Part shown: piece by piece, positions 33,373-35,705 of the stretch | Numbering within the stretch: the first letter of the stretch is position 1 | Layout: each line of letters begins with the position of its first letter | Assembly: GCA_051294375.1 (NCBI GenBank) | Contig: JBJCIZ010001666.1 | Span: forward strand, 112,725 to 148,429 | Direction of reading: 5' to 3' | Origin: Paraspadella gotoi | Lineage: Eukaryota; Animalia; Chaetognatha | DNA: 35,705 nucleotides | The notes under the pieces: generated by a model | Database searches by the model: none | Told to the model about the DNA's origin: nothing | What the model saw: only the letters and a program-made list of their open reading frames with translations | Program-made: the position numbers and the translations under genes

Positions 33373-35434
33373 AAATAAAAAAAATGCGTGTATGAGTGAG
33401 AAAGAGAGAGAGAATTCTAACTGTAAGAGATGATTTTTTAATATAATCTTAAATGAGATAAAATTTTTCAATCTCATTTACATATTGCAGTATTAAATTT
33501 AAATGTGTCTATTTTCATTTTGGATTTTAATATTAGTTCTGTTTTATGGTTTTCCAGTAGCTAAAAATAGTCTTTAGCAATGCTAATAATTAACATTGGT
33601 TATAATAATATTTTAACTAATTAATTAATAATAATACTTTGACATTTTATTACTAAAAAGTTAACTTGCTCATATTTAGGGATCCCTTTATTTGTTCAGA
33701 AGTTTAATTATTATTTAGTTTTTATTTTGTTAAAAAAAAATGTTTTGTTAAAGCTTAAGATTAATATCTTTAACAGTTAATTATTAATAGTGTTAAATGT
33801 TTAAGATTAATATAATATAAATTTATAAATAATGTTTTTATTTTTTTATTTTAAGCAAAGCTAATTAATTATATACAAATTAAAGATTTAATTTATATAG
33901 TAAACGAGCATTCTTCACTGATACTAAGTTAAGTTTAGATTTTATCAAATAAAATATTAATAAAATATACTGTTTATACTAAACATCTTAGAATATATTT
34001 ATTAAATCTTAAAAGAATATACCTTTTTATACAAGAGCTGCAGAGCGGAACTCGTTTTTTTAGACGAATCAGAAATGGCAGCGCCTTTTTTTTTTTAGGT
34101 ATTAGTTATAGTTATTGGTTAAAACTTTAAAAATGATACTTAGCAGATAGTTCTAGTTTTTTACGTTTTTTTATGTTTTTATTTATACCGTTGTTGTTTT
34201 TTAATTCTTGAACGTTCTTGAACGTTATTTTTAATAGATTCTTAATTTATAACTTTAAAAATATTTTAATAATTATATTAATATCGTTTTTGTTATTAAT
34301 AAAATAAATATATATAAATATATAATATTAACCTATATATATACAATTTAAAAAAAGACAAAAAAATGTTACAATCGTTTATATTGAAAACCGTTTATAA
34401 TGAAAAATATTTACAATTTTTTTTAATTGGAAGTTGTAAAAATATATATTTTTATTTTTAATAAAATTTAGATATAGCTTCCCATCAAAAAAGTCTTTTA
34501 AAATCACACGTTTCTTATTGATTTAAGTATTTTTATATAAATTTTTTCTTTAATATGATTTACTGTAATATGTAAATTAGATTTTAGTACTTTATATACT
34601 AATTTTTATATTTATAGAATGATAATTTACATGTTGCAGTAAATCATTTAATGCAGAAAAAGAAATTCAAATAAAAAATATTTGATTCCATAAGAAACAT
34701 TATAATTACAAAGATCTTAAAAATGAGAAGCCATATATTAACTTTTAACTTACTATGATCACACCTTTTTAAAAAAATCCATCGTAATTTGTAGTAGTTT
34801 TTATTAAAAAAAAATTGTAAACCCCAGACAAAACTATATAAGAAAAAAGCGTGACGCCGACGACATCACAAATAAGCTGAACCTTTGCTTAAACTTGCCA
34901 AGACGGGCTTTGGCCCATCTGGTGAGATAAAAAAGGATACTTTTTATGAATTGCAACGAGCCATATAAGTCCTGTAAAACAAAGGTCTTTCTTAGCAGTA
35001 TTTTTTAAACAGACCAACCAACCAACTGATGCCATCTACTGTCTGGCACTTGTAAAGTTGCTTCAACATGCTATTAATAGCAAAACAGAACGACAGTATC
35101 TCAGAGGAAAATCGGTATTAACCAAATAATTTGGCTTTATTGTATAATTGCAAGCAAACAATTGTAATGGGAATTAACATGATTGTTGTCAAAGAATTAA
35201 ATAATAATATAAGCAAATAGCATATTTAATACAGATTTATATTGCCGGAGGAAGTGTTTTTTATACTTTGTCCATTGCTGTAGATCGAAAAACTTGCAAT
35301 TGTATAGTCAACATTGAAACAAAATACGAAAATGCGAAAATGAAAATTAGAGCAAAGAGCTTTCATGTGAGATGGAAGCGAGCACAGAAATTATAATTTA
35401 TTAGTTTTGAGTATTTGAATGTTCTTGGAACATT

Positions 35435-35600
35435 ATAGGAAAGATGCTATTAAAGGAGGAGAGATTAATAGTTGGTTGGGTCAACGTCTCGGTTCGTAAG
35501 CAAGGTTGCGACCGACAGGCATTCTAGGGCTCTGTTTTTTCCCATCGTCGAGCGTTTTGGTGGGCGAGGGCTTTGAGGAAGATCAGGGCTTCCCTGTCCC
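35435..35600. repeat. Unclassified repeat, homologue of 32560-32752
   Basis: Direct visual alignment. Confidence 0.7.
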
Positions 35601-35705
35601 ATCCGCCAAAGGTTTTACAATGAGAGGCCGAAAAAATATTCCTGTCCCAAGTCCCAAGTCCCAAGTCCAAAGTTTTATTTGTTTGTTTCCATGGCGCTAT
35701 TATCT

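Overview
AT-rich eukaryotic (probably invertebrate metazoan) genomic DNA with six N-gaps in the first 4.6 kb, dominated by mobile elements. (1) A degenerate Ty3/Gypsy-like integrase on the minus strand (~5.06-6.4 kb). (2) An apparently intact minus-strand two-gene module: a 3-exon, 1020-aa hAT-like DDE/CxxH transposase (17522->13693) and a 203-aa SGNH/GDSL hydrolase (11710->11099). Each gene is followed 300-500 nt downstream by a homologous, covarying, pseudoknotted 140-200 nt putative RNA motif that I do not recognise (10596-10791 and 13055-13195). I see no TIR/TSD around the module. (3) At least four divergent SINE-like families (most with tRNA-like heads) carrying a circularly permuted (type-P5) twister-ribozyme core. 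Compensatory changes support the fold, and P1 is reduced to a self-complementary 6-nt linker that suggests dimeric activation. (4) Three Penelope-type inverted minimal hammerhead palindromes. (5) Many DINE-1/HINE-like Helentron fragments, Tc1- and hAT-type MITEs, fold-back elements and minisatellites. All calls come from reading the sequence by eye; no searches or folding programs were run.
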